64,000 bases of DNA from Kiritimatiellia bacterium. Its GTDB lineage: Bacteria; Verrucomicrobiota; Kiritimatiellia; RFP12; UBA1067. Below are positions 35,724 through 50,165 of the stretch, piece by piece; positions within the stretch are counted from its first letter, which is position 1; each line of letters opens with the position of its first letter. Location: contig JAZLMG010000039.1 of the NCBI GenBank assembly GCA_045598585.1, positions 31,558-95,557 on the forward strand. Direction: 5' to 3'. Both the position numbers and the translations under genes were made by a program. The notes under the pieces were generated by a model. It saw only the letters and a list, made by a program, of their open reading frames with translations, was not told where the DNA came from and made no database searches.

Positions 35724-37700
35724 TTAAGCCGCCTTTTGCATATCACAAAGCGAGCGATAGACACCGCCTTTTTGGTAGAGCTCATCATGAGTGCCACGTT
35801 CGACGATCTCGCCATCTTGCATAACAAGAATCATATCGGCATCTCGGATCGTGGAAAGTCGATGGGCGATTACGAAGGTCGTGCGATTTTCCATGAGCTT
35901 CTCAATCGCCTCCTGAACCTGACGCTCGGTAATCGTATCAAGCGCGCTTGTGGCCTCATCAAGAATCAGAATCGGCGGATTCTTAAGAACAGCGCGAGCA
36001 ATTGCTATACGCTGACGTTCTCCTCCCGAGAGGGAAAACCCCTTCTCTCCGGCGAGACGCTTATAGCCCTCGGGCTGAGACAAGATAAAGTCATGAGCAT
36101 TCGCCAGTTTCGCAGCCTTAACAACCGCGTCTTCGTTCGCGCCAAAAGTGCCGTAGCGAATATTGTACTCAAGCGGCTCGTTAAAAAGAAGCGCGTCCTG
36201 GGTCACTACACCAATGAGCGAACGAAGATCATCCGAAGAAATATCTCTCACATCCTTACCGTCGATCAAAACGCGACCTGATTTCGGGTCTGCGAAACGC
36301 GCAAGAAGCGATCCCAAAGTCGATTTCCCGGAGCCGGTACCACCAACAACCGCGACTTTCTGTCCACGGCGAATTTCAAAACTCGCACTATGAACCGCGT
36401 CGCGCTCGGCGGTAAAGTAACGATACGATACATTATCAAAGACTATCTTTTCATCGAACGAATTCTTCGGGCTCGGATTCTTCGCTTCAGGAAGTCGCAT
36501 TTCAACATCTTGCAAAGAAAAGATACGATTTAACGCCGCCATACCGGTTTCGACCGAGACCAAGAGTCTTGAAAGTCGCTTAATCGGCTTATAGACCGCC
36601 AACAAGGGCGCAAGCATCGGCAACACATCCGATATCGTTATGTCCTTATAATAGCACCAACAAACGAAACCACACATCAGCGCCACGCCGACAAACTCCA
36701 TCACAAACGGGACGAGCGCTCCGATACGAATCGATCGCATCGTTGCCTTAATCATAAATTCATTTGCCGAGCAATAAGTGCGATATTCCGCATCAGCCAT
36801 GTCGGAAGCTTTTACCAAACGAATGCAGGAAATCACTTCTTGAAGACGAGAAAAGACTCCGGAACTTCTTTCCATCGTTTTGCGTTGCCACTCCTTGATT
36901 TTCTTCGCAATCGTCTGAAGCGGAAACATGAAAAGCGGGAAAGCTAACGCGATAACGACCAAAGTTGCAAGCATGTCATTTTGGATTGCATACCAAATGA
37001 CAAAGCCGATTGAGACCACGATTTCGAACGGAGCTTCTGCGAGATCGGCAATTACCGTCTCAATAACCGCACACATTTGCGCAGGATCAAAAACTACACG
37101 AGCGAAGAGCTGACCCATATTGACTCGCGAGAAGAACTCCAATGACTGACGCTGAACATGATTCATCAAATCGCAACTCACGTCGGCAGCAATATGAGCA
37201 TCCACCCATGAAAACGTATAATTATTAAGATACTTCAACGCCAAACGCACGAGCGCCACGAACGGAATCACGATTAAAGCAATTAGAATCATCGCCCCCT
37301 GCATAACGCCGCGATCATCCATCAAAGTAATTCCGAACTTGCGAGCGGTTTTCTCGACTTTCGGATACCAAGAAGGAAGTTTGCTTACCTCCAAAGACTT
37401 TTGCGAGGGGGCCGAGGGCTCCACAACTTCCTCAGAGGCTTCGGCTTTAGCCTCTTCTTCATGAGATTCGATATCTACTTCTATTACTTTCTGAATCTTC
37501 GCCTCCATCGAGCTCGCGGCAGGTTGAACAAGCTGAAAGAGCGGCACAAGCGTACCGGCCGTCAAAAAACCGCAAATAATGCCGACGGCAAGACGAAAAC
37601 GATAGGGTTTCGCATACTGCCAAGCACGACGATACGCTTCGCGCTTCGGGAAATCTTTATCGAAGAATTCCCTCGAATAGTCCATCTTGATATCAGCCAT
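35724..37700 (-). CDS. ABC exporter half-transporter (MsbA-like, TMD-NBD), paralog 2
   Basis: 658 aa. Same motifs as its neighbour (GGTGSGKST, LSGGERQR, ILILDEATSALD) and the same kind of TM1-TM2 insert. Confidence 0.85.
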   Translation of the reverse strand: MADIKMDYSREFFDKDFPKREAYRRAWQYAKPYRFRLAVGIICGFLTAGTLVPLFQLVQPAASSMEAKIQKVIEVDIESHEEEAKAEASEEVVEPSAPSQKSLEVSKLPSWYPKVEKTARKFGITLMDDRGVMQGAMILIALIVIPFVALVRLALKYLNNYTFSWVDAHIAADVSCDLMNHVQRQSLEFFSRVNMGQLFARVVFDPAQMCAVIETVIADLAEAPFEIVVSIGFVIWYAIQNDMLATLVVIALAFPLFMFPLQTIAKKIKEWQRKTMERSSGVFSRLQEVISCIRLVKASDMADAEYRTYCSANEFMIKATMRSIRIGALVPFVMEFVGVALMCGFVCWCYYKDITISDVLPMLAPLLAVYKPIKRLSRLLVSVETGMAALNRIFSLQDVEMRLPEAKNPSPKNSFDEKIVFDNVSYRYFTAERDAVHSASFEIRRGQKVAVVGGTGSGKSTLGSLLARFADPKSGRVLIDGKDVRDISSDDLRSLIGVVTQDALLFNEPLEYNIRYGTFGANEDAVVKAAKLANAHDFILSQPEGYKRLAGEKGFSLSGGERQRIAIARAVLKNPPILILDEATSALDTITERQVQEAIEKLMENRTTFVIAHRLSTIRDADMILVMQDGEIVERGTHDELYQKGGVYRSLCDMQKAA

Positions 37701-38472
37701 TTAACACCCTCTCTGCGGCGTGTTTAGCTCTCCACGCCAAAATAATCGTGAGCAAACAAAACAAAGCGAGCATCATTTCTCCGCCTTCTTCGAAAGCCGT
37801 GCAGAAAGACGAAGCTTTTGATATGACGCCATCCTCCGCTAGATCGATGTCGGCGCCATGACGAATCCATGCTGGGATACGATCGGTGATCTGAACCATA
37901 ACTCCCGAGGCGCCAGCGCATCCGAATGCCCACGCGGCAGGATTAAGCGAAAAGACCCCCTTCACCCAAGTCGGAAGAAGATAAAGAAATGTCGCGGCAA
38001 ATGTGCCGAAGAAAAGCACGAAATATCCAAGAACAACCGCCTTCGCACCCAGCGGAATCGCAGCATTCGTCAAGAAACGCATTTTAAAGGCCGTTCCACT
38101 CAGAGGGCGACCATCGGGTTTGAAGAACTGACCGGAAATAATCGAGCCGTCTTCGCCGACAATCGAGGGGTAAAGCGAGTGAAGAATCGTGTTGTGAAGA
38201 TCCATTTCTTTGACGATTGCCATAACGGCAACGATTGAGACCAAAAGGCAAAGAATCGCTTTACGCTTTCTCGAGCCTTCGAACGGACAACAAATCCAAA
38301 CGAGAGGCACTATCGCACCGAAAACGGGAAGGGTCGCAAGCTCAAACGGCGAATATCCGCCTTGGTCAAAGAAGTTATGTAACGCAGAGGGTTCCATCAT
38401 TGCCCATGTAATCAAAATGAGCAATACGCATACGAACCATGCACAAGGGCCGATTAACCAAGCTTTCTTCAT
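37693..38472 (-). CDS. Polytopic membrane protein of unknown function, translationally coupled to the ABC pair
   Basis: ORF trimmed to ATG 38472 (MKKAWLIGPCAWFVCVLLILITWAM...). About 7 hydrophobic segments. 8-nt overlap with the downstream ABC gene. Confidence 0.55.
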   Translation of the reverse strand: MKKAWLIGPCAWFVCVLLILITWAMMEPSALHNFFDQGGYSPFELATLPVFGAIVPLVWICCPFEGSRKRKAILCLLVSIVAVMAIVKEMDLHNTILHSLYPSIVGEDGSIISGQFFKPDGRPLSGTAFKMRFLTNAAIPLGAKAVVLGYFVLFFGTFAATFLYLLPTWVKGVFSLNPAAWAFGCAGASGVMVQITDRIPAWIRHGADIDLAEDGVISKASSFCTAFEEGGEMMLALFCLLTIILAWRAKHAAERVLNG

Positions 38473-38521
38473 TTCGAGAATTCCTTCATAGCTTCTAATA
38501 TTTTCCCTCTTATCTATTACA

Positions 38522-38530
38522 ATTATACCA
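38522..38530 (-). promoter_or_regulatory. Extended -10 TGGTATAAT, 49 nt upstream of ATG 38472
   Basis: Reverse complement of 38522-38530 is TGGTATAAT. It lies in the 94-nt gap after the PP2C gene. Confidence 0.4.
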
Positions 38531-38566
38531 TATTTCCATGCACTTGTGTGAGAAAATTTCCGCACC

Positions 38567-39268
38567 TTAACCCAATTTAATGACGAAATAAGTGTAGTTG
38601 TCAGGAGCGCCGAGATGGAGGATATAGCGCTCCAAGAGATCGGAAATTTCCTCGACGTCATCGGTAGCATTCAAAATATCAGACAAAAGGTGATCGGTTA
38701 CAACATCATGAAGCCCATCGGAGCAAATAACGAGCTTATCACCGACCTTGATATCAAAAACTTTCCAGTCGCCCGCCTTAAAAGGCCCCGTCCCGATAGC
38801 GCGAGTAAGCATGTGGGCCATCGGATTAGACCGATCCCCACCCCCGGCAACCGTGTGATCGCGAGTAAGCTGCTCGAGCTCGGCCTCGCGAAGCCGATAT
38901 ACACGCGTATCTCCTATATAATGAACTGCCGCGCGGGAAGGATATTCATGATCGACAACGAGCACGGACGCCGTCGAGCCCATTTGATCATAGCCCGAAA
39001 CGCGCGCAATGTCGCGGATTCGGCTGTCGGCCTTAGCCATCGCGAGTTCAAGTCTCTCCAAACGCTCGACAAAATCGCCCTGAATATTGACTTTTTCAAC
39101 TTCTTCGCAGACGATTCGGCTCGCCGTCTCGCCTTCCTGACCGCCGCCCATCCCGTCGGCAACGCAAAAGAGTGTCTTCGAGGAATCGGAATAGTAGTTA
39201 TCTTCGTTGTTCATGCGAACAAGTCCGACGCCCGTCTTGGAGGCGAATTTTATCCTTCTCCCCGGCAT
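38567..39268 (-). CDS. PP2C-family Ser/Thr protein phosphatase
   Basis: 233 aa. NEDNYY...VADGMGGGQEGETAS...ICSDGLHD motifs. Confidence 0.85.
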   Translation of the reverse strand: MPGRRIKFASKTGVGLVRMNNEDNYYSDSSKTLFCVADGMGGGQEGETASRIVCEEVEKVNIQGDFVERLERLELAMAKADSRIRDIARVSGYDQMGSTASVLVVDHEYPSRAAVHYIGDTRVYRLREAELEQLTRDHTVAGGGDRSNPMAHMLTRAIGTGPFKAGDWKVFDIKVGDKLVICSDGLHDVVTDHLLSDILNATDDVEEISDLLERYILHLGAPDNYTYFVIKLG

Positions 39269-41016
39269 TACCAGTTGATCGGCTCCTTACCGATACTCCT
39301 TAAATAGTCGTTCGCCTTTTCGAAGGGCTTCGAACCGAAAAAGCCGCGATAAGCGGAAAGTGGCGAAGGATGCGCGGATTCGATCACGAAGTGCTTCTTG
39401 CGGTCGATGAACGCGCCCTTCTTTTGGGCATAACTCCCCCAAAGAATGAAGACGATCCCTTCTTTCTCCTCATTAAGAGCTTTAATCGCCGCGTCTGTGA
39501 ATTCTTCCCAACCCTTGCCCTGATGACTTCCCGCGGCATGTTCGCGAACGGTCAAAGTCGCGTTCAGTAATAAGACGCCGGACTTCGCCCAATTAAGGAG
39601 ATCGGGCATGTGGCCAAGCTCTTTCGCGATATTGACGAGCGAGGGCGGCGCTTTCACGTCCGGCGGGACATAGAACGAAAGGCCTTGGGCTTGGCCGGGC
39701 TCATGATAGGGATCTTGGCCGATAATGACGACTTTAACCTTATCGAAAGGCGTAGTATTGAAAGCGTTGAAGATGAGCGGCGCGGGAGGATAAACGGTGT
39801 GGGCGCGATACTCCGACTTGACGAACTCGGTAAGCGCCTTGAAGTAGGGCTTCACGAACTCTCCGGAGAGCGCCTTTTTCCACCCTTCTTCAATCTTCAC
39901 GGGCGTATAACCTCTCGCAACTTCGCGGTCATCGAAGGGATATTTTACGCCCTTGATCTCCTGAGTCGTTTCGTGACCCTTTCCGCAGATAAGTACGGTA
40001 TCGCCGTCTTCCGCCTCATCGAGGGCACGAGAAATCGCTTTCGCCCTGTCGGGCTCAGTGTAAAAGTTAGAGCCGTCTCCACTTTCGTTCCGCCGTGCCA
40101 AGAGTGGCGCGATAATCTGATTGATGATCGAAAGCGGGGCTTCGGAGCGAGGATTATCGGAGGTGACGATGATCTTATCGGCATATTTCCCTACCGCTTC
40201 GCCCATTAGCGGTCGCTTCATCGGATCACGATCTCCGCCCGCGCCGAACACGCAAATAAGCTTTCCCTTTGTGAACTTTTTCGCCGCACCAAGGACTTTC
40301 TCTAGCCCATCGGGAGTATGTGCGAAATCGACATATACCTCGCCCTTCGACTTGGTTTCCACTTTCTCGAGGCGTCCCCAACGAGGGGTCAGCGTCGGAA
40401 TAAGCGACTGAATCTCCTCATGCGGCACGCCCGCCATTTCCGCGAGTTCCGCCGCAACAAGGACATTCGACTTGTTGTAGTCGCCGACAAGCTTAAGTTC
40501 AGAGAGATCGAAGCGCGGCGATTTGAAAGAAACGGGACGGACATTCAAAGGATATTTTCCACATTCCCTAAGCATCTCTTCGGCATAGCCACCATCCATG
40601 CAGACGACGTAGGGCGGGAAATCGCCGCGTCCATCGGAAGGCGCGGGATTCGCTTTCGCGATACGCTCCGCAAATGAGGCCTTTACGCGGAAGTATTCCT
40701 CCATCGTCTTATGATAGTCGAGGTGATCCTCGGAGAGATTGAGGAATGCGCCTCCCGAAAAGACGGTGTCGCCCGTGCGAACTTGATGAATCGCGTGAGA
40801 CGAAACTTCCATCACGCAGTCCTTCGCCCCATTCGCTTCCATCTCGGCGAAGATTTCCTTGAGCTGCTTCAAGGGCGGAGTCGTATAGCCCGTGTAGAAA
40901 CGCCGCGTTCCCGTGAAAACTTCGACGGTCGTGATGTAGGGGCATTTCAAAAACGCGGCCAAGATCCACGTCGTCGTGGTCTTGCCGTTAGTCCCCGTTA
41001 TCCCCCAAATACGCAT
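39268..41016 (-). CDS. Single ORF joining a MurE-like Mur ligase (central and C-terminal domains only) to uracil-DNA glycosylase (family 1)
   Basis: 582 aa. Mur ligase motifs ITGTNGKTTT, MEVSSHA, DFAHTPDGL, FGAGGDRD and TSDNPRSE, then Ung motifs GQDPYHEPGQAQGLSF and HPSPLSA. There is no stop between the two parts. An in-frame GTG at 39900 could also initiate Ung alone. Confidence 0.75.
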   Translation of the reverse strand: MRIWGITGTNGKTTTTWILAAFLKCPYITTVEVFTGTRRFYTGYTTPPLKQLKEIFAEMEANGAKDCVMEVSSHAIHQVRTGDTVFSGGAFLNLSEDHLDYHKTMEEYFRVKASFAERIAKANPAPSDGRGDFPPYVVCMDGGYAEEMLRECGKYPLNVRPVSFKSPRFDLSELKLVGDYNKSNVLVAAELAEMAGVPHEEIQSLIPTLTPRWGRLEKVETKSKGEVYVDFAHTPDGLEKVLGAAKKFTKGKLICVFGAGGDRDPMKRPLMGEAVGKYADKIIVTSDNPRSEAPLSIINQIIAPLLARRNESGDGSNFYTEPDRAKAISRALDEAEDGDTVLICGKGHETTQEIKGVKYPFDDREVARGYTPVKIEEGWKKALSGEFVKPYFKALTEFVKSEYRAHTVYPPAPLIFNAFNTTPFDKVKVVIIGQDPYHEPGQAQGLSFYVPPDVKAPPSLVNIAKELGHMPDLLNWAKSGVLLLNATLTVREHAAGSHQGKGWEEFTDAAIKALNEEKEGIVFILWGSYAQKKGAFIDRKKHFVIESAHPSPLSAYRGFFGSKPFEKANDYLRSIGKEPINW

Positions 41017-41017
41017 A

Positions 41018-41494
41018 TTAATCTCTGCAGCCAGACCAAGAATTAAAGCGATCTTCGGCGAGCTTCTTGTATTTTGCTCCCGTGCCGCCGTTCACGAAAG
41101 GATCGATCGAAATTCCGCCGCGCGCGGCGAATTTGCCGTAGACTTCCATATACTTCGGCTTGAGAAGCTTGTTGAGGTCGTTGTAAATCACGTTGATGAC
41201 GTCTTCATGGAAGTCGCCATGATTGCGGAAACCGAAGAGGTAGAGCTTCAAGCTCTTCGATTCGACAAGTGCTTTGTTGGGAATATAACGAATCGTCAAC
41301 GTCGCGAAATCGGGTTGACCGGTCTTCGGGCAAAGAGTCGTGAACTCGGGAGCCGTGAACGTCACCCAATAATCGCGCTCCGGGTGCTTATTCGCGAACT
41401 TGTCGAGCATCGAAGGATCATAGTCTTTCGAGGCCTGAGTCGTCTTACCCAAAGTCTTCAAATCATCAAGATCATTTCTCATTGGTTTCTCCAA
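41018..41494 (-). CDS. queF: NADPH-dependent 7-cyano-7-deazaguanine (preQ0) reductase, unimodular type
   Basis: 158 aa. [23 protein letters not shown] and ESKSLKLYL motifs. Confidence 0.9.
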   Translation of the reverse strand: MEKPMRNDLDDLKTLGKTTQASKDYDPSMLDKFANKHPERDYWVTFTAPEFTTLCPKTGQPDFATLTIRYIPNKALVESKSLKLYLFGFRNHGDFHEDVINVIYNDLNKLLKPKYMEVYGKFAARGGISIDPFVNGGTGAKYKKLAEDRFNSWSGCRD

Positions 41495-42045
41495 ATGCAG
41501 ATTCTGGTCTTACCGTAGGTTCTATCTCTTAAAAGCTCCCAACCGGGCGTTTCTTCGGCCTTTTGCACCGCAGTCATCTCGGCGATAAAGAGCCCGCCCG
41601 TTTTAACGACGCCGCGCTTCTTTAAAGTCGCGAGGACGCCCGCATACCCCTTCTCCTCGCCAAGTTTGTACGGAGGATCCGCAAAAGCGATGTCGAAACC
41701 CTCGGCTTCGGAGAAAGTCGCGATATAGGAATAAACGTCTTTGACTATAACTCTAGAACTTCTAGAACCACTAGAATCTCTAGAAAGAACGCCTAAGTTC
41801 TTCTTTAAAATCTCGGCGTGCTTCTTGTTAGCTTCGACGAAGGTAGCGCTTTTGGCGCCCCGAGAAAGTGCCTCGAGGCCGACCGCTCCCGATCCCGCGA
41901 AGAGATCGAGAAACTTGGAGCCGGGCAGCTCGGTCTGAAGAATCGAGAAAAGCGCTTCGCGTACGCGATCCTGAGTCGGACGAATGAGGTCCGACTTCGG
42001 GACTTCGATATTGCGTCCTCCGAATTCTCCACCCGTTATTCTCAA
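41479..42045 (-). CDS. rsmD: 16S rRNA (guanine966-N2)-methyltransferase
   Basis: 188 aa. [33 protein letters not shown] and FADPPY motifs. Confidence 0.85.
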   Translation of the reverse strand: MRITGGEFGGRNIEVPKSDLIRPTQDRVREALFSILQTELPGSKFLDLFAGSGAVGLEALSRGAKSATFVEANKKHAEILKKNLGVLSRDSSGSRSSRVIVKDVYSYIATFSEAEGFDIAFADPPYKLGEEKGYAGVLATLKKRGVVKTGGLFIAEMTAVQKAEETPGWELLRDRTYGKTRICIWRNQ

Positions 42046-42455
42046 GGTCTATACTCCGCACAGGAATCGGCCGTTTCCCAAACTCGCACCGAAGCAAGCG
42101 TCGGAATCTTCGCCTTAAGATCGTTAAAGAACATCTTAGCCAAATTCTCCGCCGTCGAACGAAACGGAATCGCAACCGTTCTCATCCCGTTTTTCTCAAC
42201 TACTGCGGCAATTTCTCGCTCGCCCTCAGACTCGGTATTGTAGATGAAAGCGTGATCGAACCTGTCGCAAATGACTTCCGTTGCTAGATGCTTCAAATCC
42301 TTGAAATCAATCACCATATCGCTTTCGCTTCCGACCGGCTCGGAAACGGAAACGTCGACGCGGTAGGTGTGACCGTGGAGGTTCTTGCAGAGCCCTTGGT
42401 GGTTCGTTAAGATGTGCGCGGCATCGAACTTGACGGTCTTGGTTACGGTAATCAT
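42042..42455 (-). CDS. queD: 6-carboxy-5,6,7,8-tetrahydropterin synthase
   Basis: 137 aa. KFDAAHILTNHQGLCKNLHGHTYRVDV. Confidence 0.88.
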   Translation of the reverse strand: MITVTKTVKFDAAHILTNHQGLCKNLHGHTYRVDVSVSEPVGSESDMVIDFKDLKHLATEVICDRFDHAFIYNTESEGEREIAAVVEKNGMRTVAIPFRSTAENLAKMFFNDLKAKIPTLASVRVWETADSCAEYRP

Positions 42456-42459
42456 TTTC

Positions 42460-43337
42460 TTAAAGCTCCGAAATAATCACGCTGGACCCCTTAGGCATGA
42501 GCGTTTCCAATTCGATTCGATCGGCACGCGGGAAAATCGTTCCCATATCGCGCCAGAACTGACGATAAGGCGGCACGACTTCGTACATCCCTTCTTTACC
42601 CGTCACCTCATCGACAAGATCGTAACGCTTGAAGAACTTGCCGTTCAAAGACAAGTCCGCCGTACGCGAACGACGATGAATGACGAGATTGAAGCGCGGA
42701 TGATCGAGGACTTTCAGCTTCTGACCGATCAGGACCTTGTCGACATTGCCATTGAGTTTCTCGACCGACGCCAATGTCGCACCGTTTTCCGCGGCGATTC
42801 GCGAAGCGCTCGAACCGCTTCGAACCGTGACTTCCTTAACCCACTGAGCGTTATGGCGCTCAAAAAGCCAAATCACGTTCAACGTTCCCAAACGCCGCGC
42901 AAGAGCATCATCTATATCGGCAGCAGGGTTACCCGGGATTGCACGAAGTTGCTCGATTGTAGAAATCGCCATTTCCACATTCTTCTGTTTTTCAGCCTCC
43001 TCGAGGCGCATCAGGAGATTGCGGACTTTAGCGGGACGTTTTCCAAACTCGTCGACTTCGACTTTCGGAGGCGGCGGAACATCTTCGGTTTCCTGGGCTT
43101 CCTCAACCGGAGTCACATCGGCCTTTTCAGTTTCCTGCTGGCGCTCTACGGCTTGGACGACTTCGGTCTTCGCTTCTTCGACGACAGGATCGGCTTTGCC
43201 GCGACGATACAAACTCACACCTAGCGAGACAAGCGCGACGATGGCGATGACGATCAACAAAAGGTTGATCGCCCCGTCAGACTCGTCCGGCTTCTTTCGA
43301 GTATACTCGATGCCGAAAGCTCCTCGCTCTAGACTCA

Positions 43338-43338
<1 letters not shown>
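42460..43338 (-). CDS. Membrane-anchored LysM domain protein
   Basis: 292 aa. N-terminal TM segment (INLLLIVIAIVALVSLGVSLY), an acidic linker and a LysM-like segment (SGSSASRIAAENGATLASVEKLNGNVDKVLIGQKLKV). Confidence 0.6.
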
Positions 43339-44763
<1,425 letters not shown>

Positions 44764-44794
44764 TTATATTTTACCAAATTTTCCCAAAAAACGC

Positions 44795-44823
44795 TTGCGA
44801 AAAAACCAAAAAAGGTTTATAAT
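44795..44823 (+). promoter_or_regulatory. Sigma-70-type promoter: -35 TTGCGA, 17-nt spacer, -10 TATAAT
   Basis: TTGCGA at 44795-44800 and TATAAT at 44818-44823. A 36-nt leader with AAAGGA precedes ATG 44860. Confidence 0.55.
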
Positions 44824-44859
44824 ACTTTACATGGAACCTAGAAAGGATTCTTAAAAGCT

Positions 44860-45987
44860 ATGAACAAAGTTCTACATGCCTTGGTATACGTATTTCTCGC
44901 GCTTGCCGCGATGTCTCTCTATTTCGAGCTTCAGCTCAATGCGAAGCGCACCTTGCTGACGGATCGTAACCGTCTCCAAGAGGACTATATCGTCAAGCTC
45001 GCTCGTACGATCGAAAACGAAGCTCCTGCGAAGGATGTCGCGTTCGAAGTTAAGAAGGATATCTCCGATGTCGAAGCGAAACTCGTAGATTCGCCCGAAA
45101 TGGAGAATCTCCTTGAGGACTACAATGCCTCGCTCGAGCAGTCGAACCTCAAGACTTTCAACTGGGAAAACATGTCGGATCGCGAAAAGCTTCGCAATGT
45201 CTACGTTCTCGACGAAGAAGGCCAGCCTATGATGGACGGCACGACCCCGCTTATGCGCGGTAGCGACGAGGATAAGATGCTCGAATCGCTCTTCAACGCG
45301 GCGATCGAACAGCAGAAGCGCCTCAACACGACTCGCGCCGCCCTTCCCGAACTTCGCGAAAAGCTCGAAACCGTTACGGCCGAGCTCAACAAGCTCAAAC
45401 CCGAAGCTCGTCAGGACAAGGTGACAATTGAGGAAAAAGAAGAGCAAATCGCGACTTTGGAAAGCGAAAAGAGCGAACTTCAGAACCAAGTCGCCAAGAT
45501 CAAGGGCCAGATCGATGATCTTAATAACGAAATCACCTCGCTAAAGGATGAAGTCAACACCGCCAAGGAAGAGACCGAAATCGCCAACGAGGAACTCGAA
45601 AAGGCCAAGAAGCTCATCGGTGACCTTAAGAAGATGATTCAGGACCAGAGCGGCCGCACCGGTTCGGCCAGCGCCGATTCGCTCATCACCCAGCTCTCGA
45701 TTGGCGATAAGGGCAAGATTATCGATGCCGACAACGTCAATATGTTCGTTATCGTCGAATTCGATGAAGACGCGCTTACCGATCTCAAGGGCGAAGATCG
45801 TCAGAAGCCCCTTCCCCATATCGAACTCGGTATCAAGCGCCCCGGTTTCAAGGGTGAAGCCGGCGAATTCATCGGCAAGATTCGTCTTCGTCAGGAAGTC
45901 AAGGGTAAGCCGTATGTCGTCGCTGATATCATCAGCGCTTGGACTCAGGACGAAATCAAGGTCGACGATGTCGTCTTCGCTGATTAA
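44860..45987 (+). CDS. Membrane-anchored long coiled-coil protein with C-terminal beta-rich domain (unknown function)
   Basis: 375 aa. N-terminal TM segment (VLHALVYVFLALAAMSLYF), about 250 aa of heptad-rich E/K/L sequence, then GKIIDADNVNMFVIVEFDE...KGKPYVVADIISAW. Confidence 0.5.
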   Translation: MNKVLHALVYVFLALAAMSLYFELQLNAKRTLLTDRNRLQEDYIVKLARTIENEAPAKDVAFEVKKDISDVEAKLVDSPEMENLLEDYNASLEQSNLKTFNWENMSDREKLRNVYVLDEEGQPMMDGTTPLMRGSDEDKMLESLFNAAIEQQKRLNTTRAALPELREKLETVTAELNKLKPEARQDKVTIEEKEEQIATLESEKSELQNQVAKIKGQIDDLNNEITSLKDEVNTAKEETEIANEELEKAKKLIGDLKKMIQDQSGRTGSASADSLITQLSIGDKGKIIDADNVNMFVIVEFDEDALTDLKGEDRQKPLPHIELGIKRPGFKGEAGEFIGKIRLRQEVKGKPYVVADIISAWTQDEIKVDDVVFAD

Positions 45988-46132
45988 AGCCGTTCTCGGG
46001 GCCTTTGCTCTCTCGGTTCTTGTCGGCTGCATCGCCGACCCGGCCGAGGATAGCAACCTCCCCTGGTCTTCTTCCAAGGGCTGGGAAGGCATCGCCCCGA
46101 TTGCTCCTTCGGTAATGGATCGATATGATTAA
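45968..46132 (+). CDS. Small lipoprotein (54 aa)
   Basis: MSSSLIKAVLGAFALSVLVGCIADPAEDSNLPWSSSKGWEG... has a signal peptide plus the lipobox LVGC. It overlaps the upstream gene end by 20 nt and the downstream start by 8 nt, which suggests coupling. Confidence 0.45.
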   Translation: MSSSLIKAVLGAFALSVLVGCIADPAEDSNLPWSSSKGWEGIAPIAPSVMDRYD

Positions 46133-47038
46133 AGATACTGAGCATATTCTTACAACTGGCGGCGCCCGTTTGGACGCCGCTTTGTTTTCCCTTTACCCTT
46201 CTTCAACCAAGGCCTTCATCCGAGAAGCCATTGAAAACGGCGGGATTCTCGTCAACGGAAGACGCGCTTCGAAGGGATTGAAGACGCGAGGAGGAGAGAA
46301 AATATCCGTCCTCGAGCTCCTGGAGGCCGAAGACAATCTCGTCCGTGCGAACCCTTCTATCCCCTTGCGCGTCGTTTTCGAGGATGATTATCTCTTAGGT
46401 GTCGACAAAGCTCCGGCGATGCCGGTGCAGCCGATTTCGTGCCGCGAGACGACGACTTTGATGAATGGCGTCGTTGCTCGCTACCCCGAATGCACCCCTC
46501 TGGGCGACGCTCCGCTCATGGCCGGGGCGCTTCATCGAATCGACGCGGACACCTCGGGACTTGTCCTCGTCGCACGCCGTGCGGACGCTTTCGAGGGCTT
46601 GCGCGGTCAATTCAGCGCCCAGACGGTCGAAAAGACATACCTCGCCTTGGTCGAAGGAACAGTCTCTGTAGGCGGCACACTGGAGAATGACTTGATCCAC
46701 GATCCCACTCTTCCCTTCTGCCGAATGATCGATTCGAAGAAGAATCGCTTGACAAGAAGTGAAGTCGAGAAGTGCCGACCTCTTCACGCCGTGACGCGCT
46801 TTAAGCCGATTAGTCACACCACCATCGAGAACGAAGATCGCACGCTCCTCGAGGTCACGATCTTCACCGGCGTCACCCATCAGATTCGCGCACAACTTGC
46901 GCTTGCGGGGATGCACATCATTAATGATCGCCTCTATGGTGCCTTTGCCATCGAGGACATGGAAGGACATGCCCTCCACGCCCTCGCGGCGAAATTCCGC
47001 CACCCGATTACGGGCGACGAGATGGAAATAAGGACCGC

Positions 47039-47066
<28 letters not shown>
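46125..47066 (+). CDS. RluA-family pseudouridine synthase (RluD-like, N-terminal S4-like domain)
   Basis: 313 aa. Catalytic motif [15 protein letters not shown] and a C-terminal TGVTHQIR. Confidence 0.85.
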
Positions 47067-50161
<3,095 letters not shown>

Positions 50162-50165
50162 AAAA

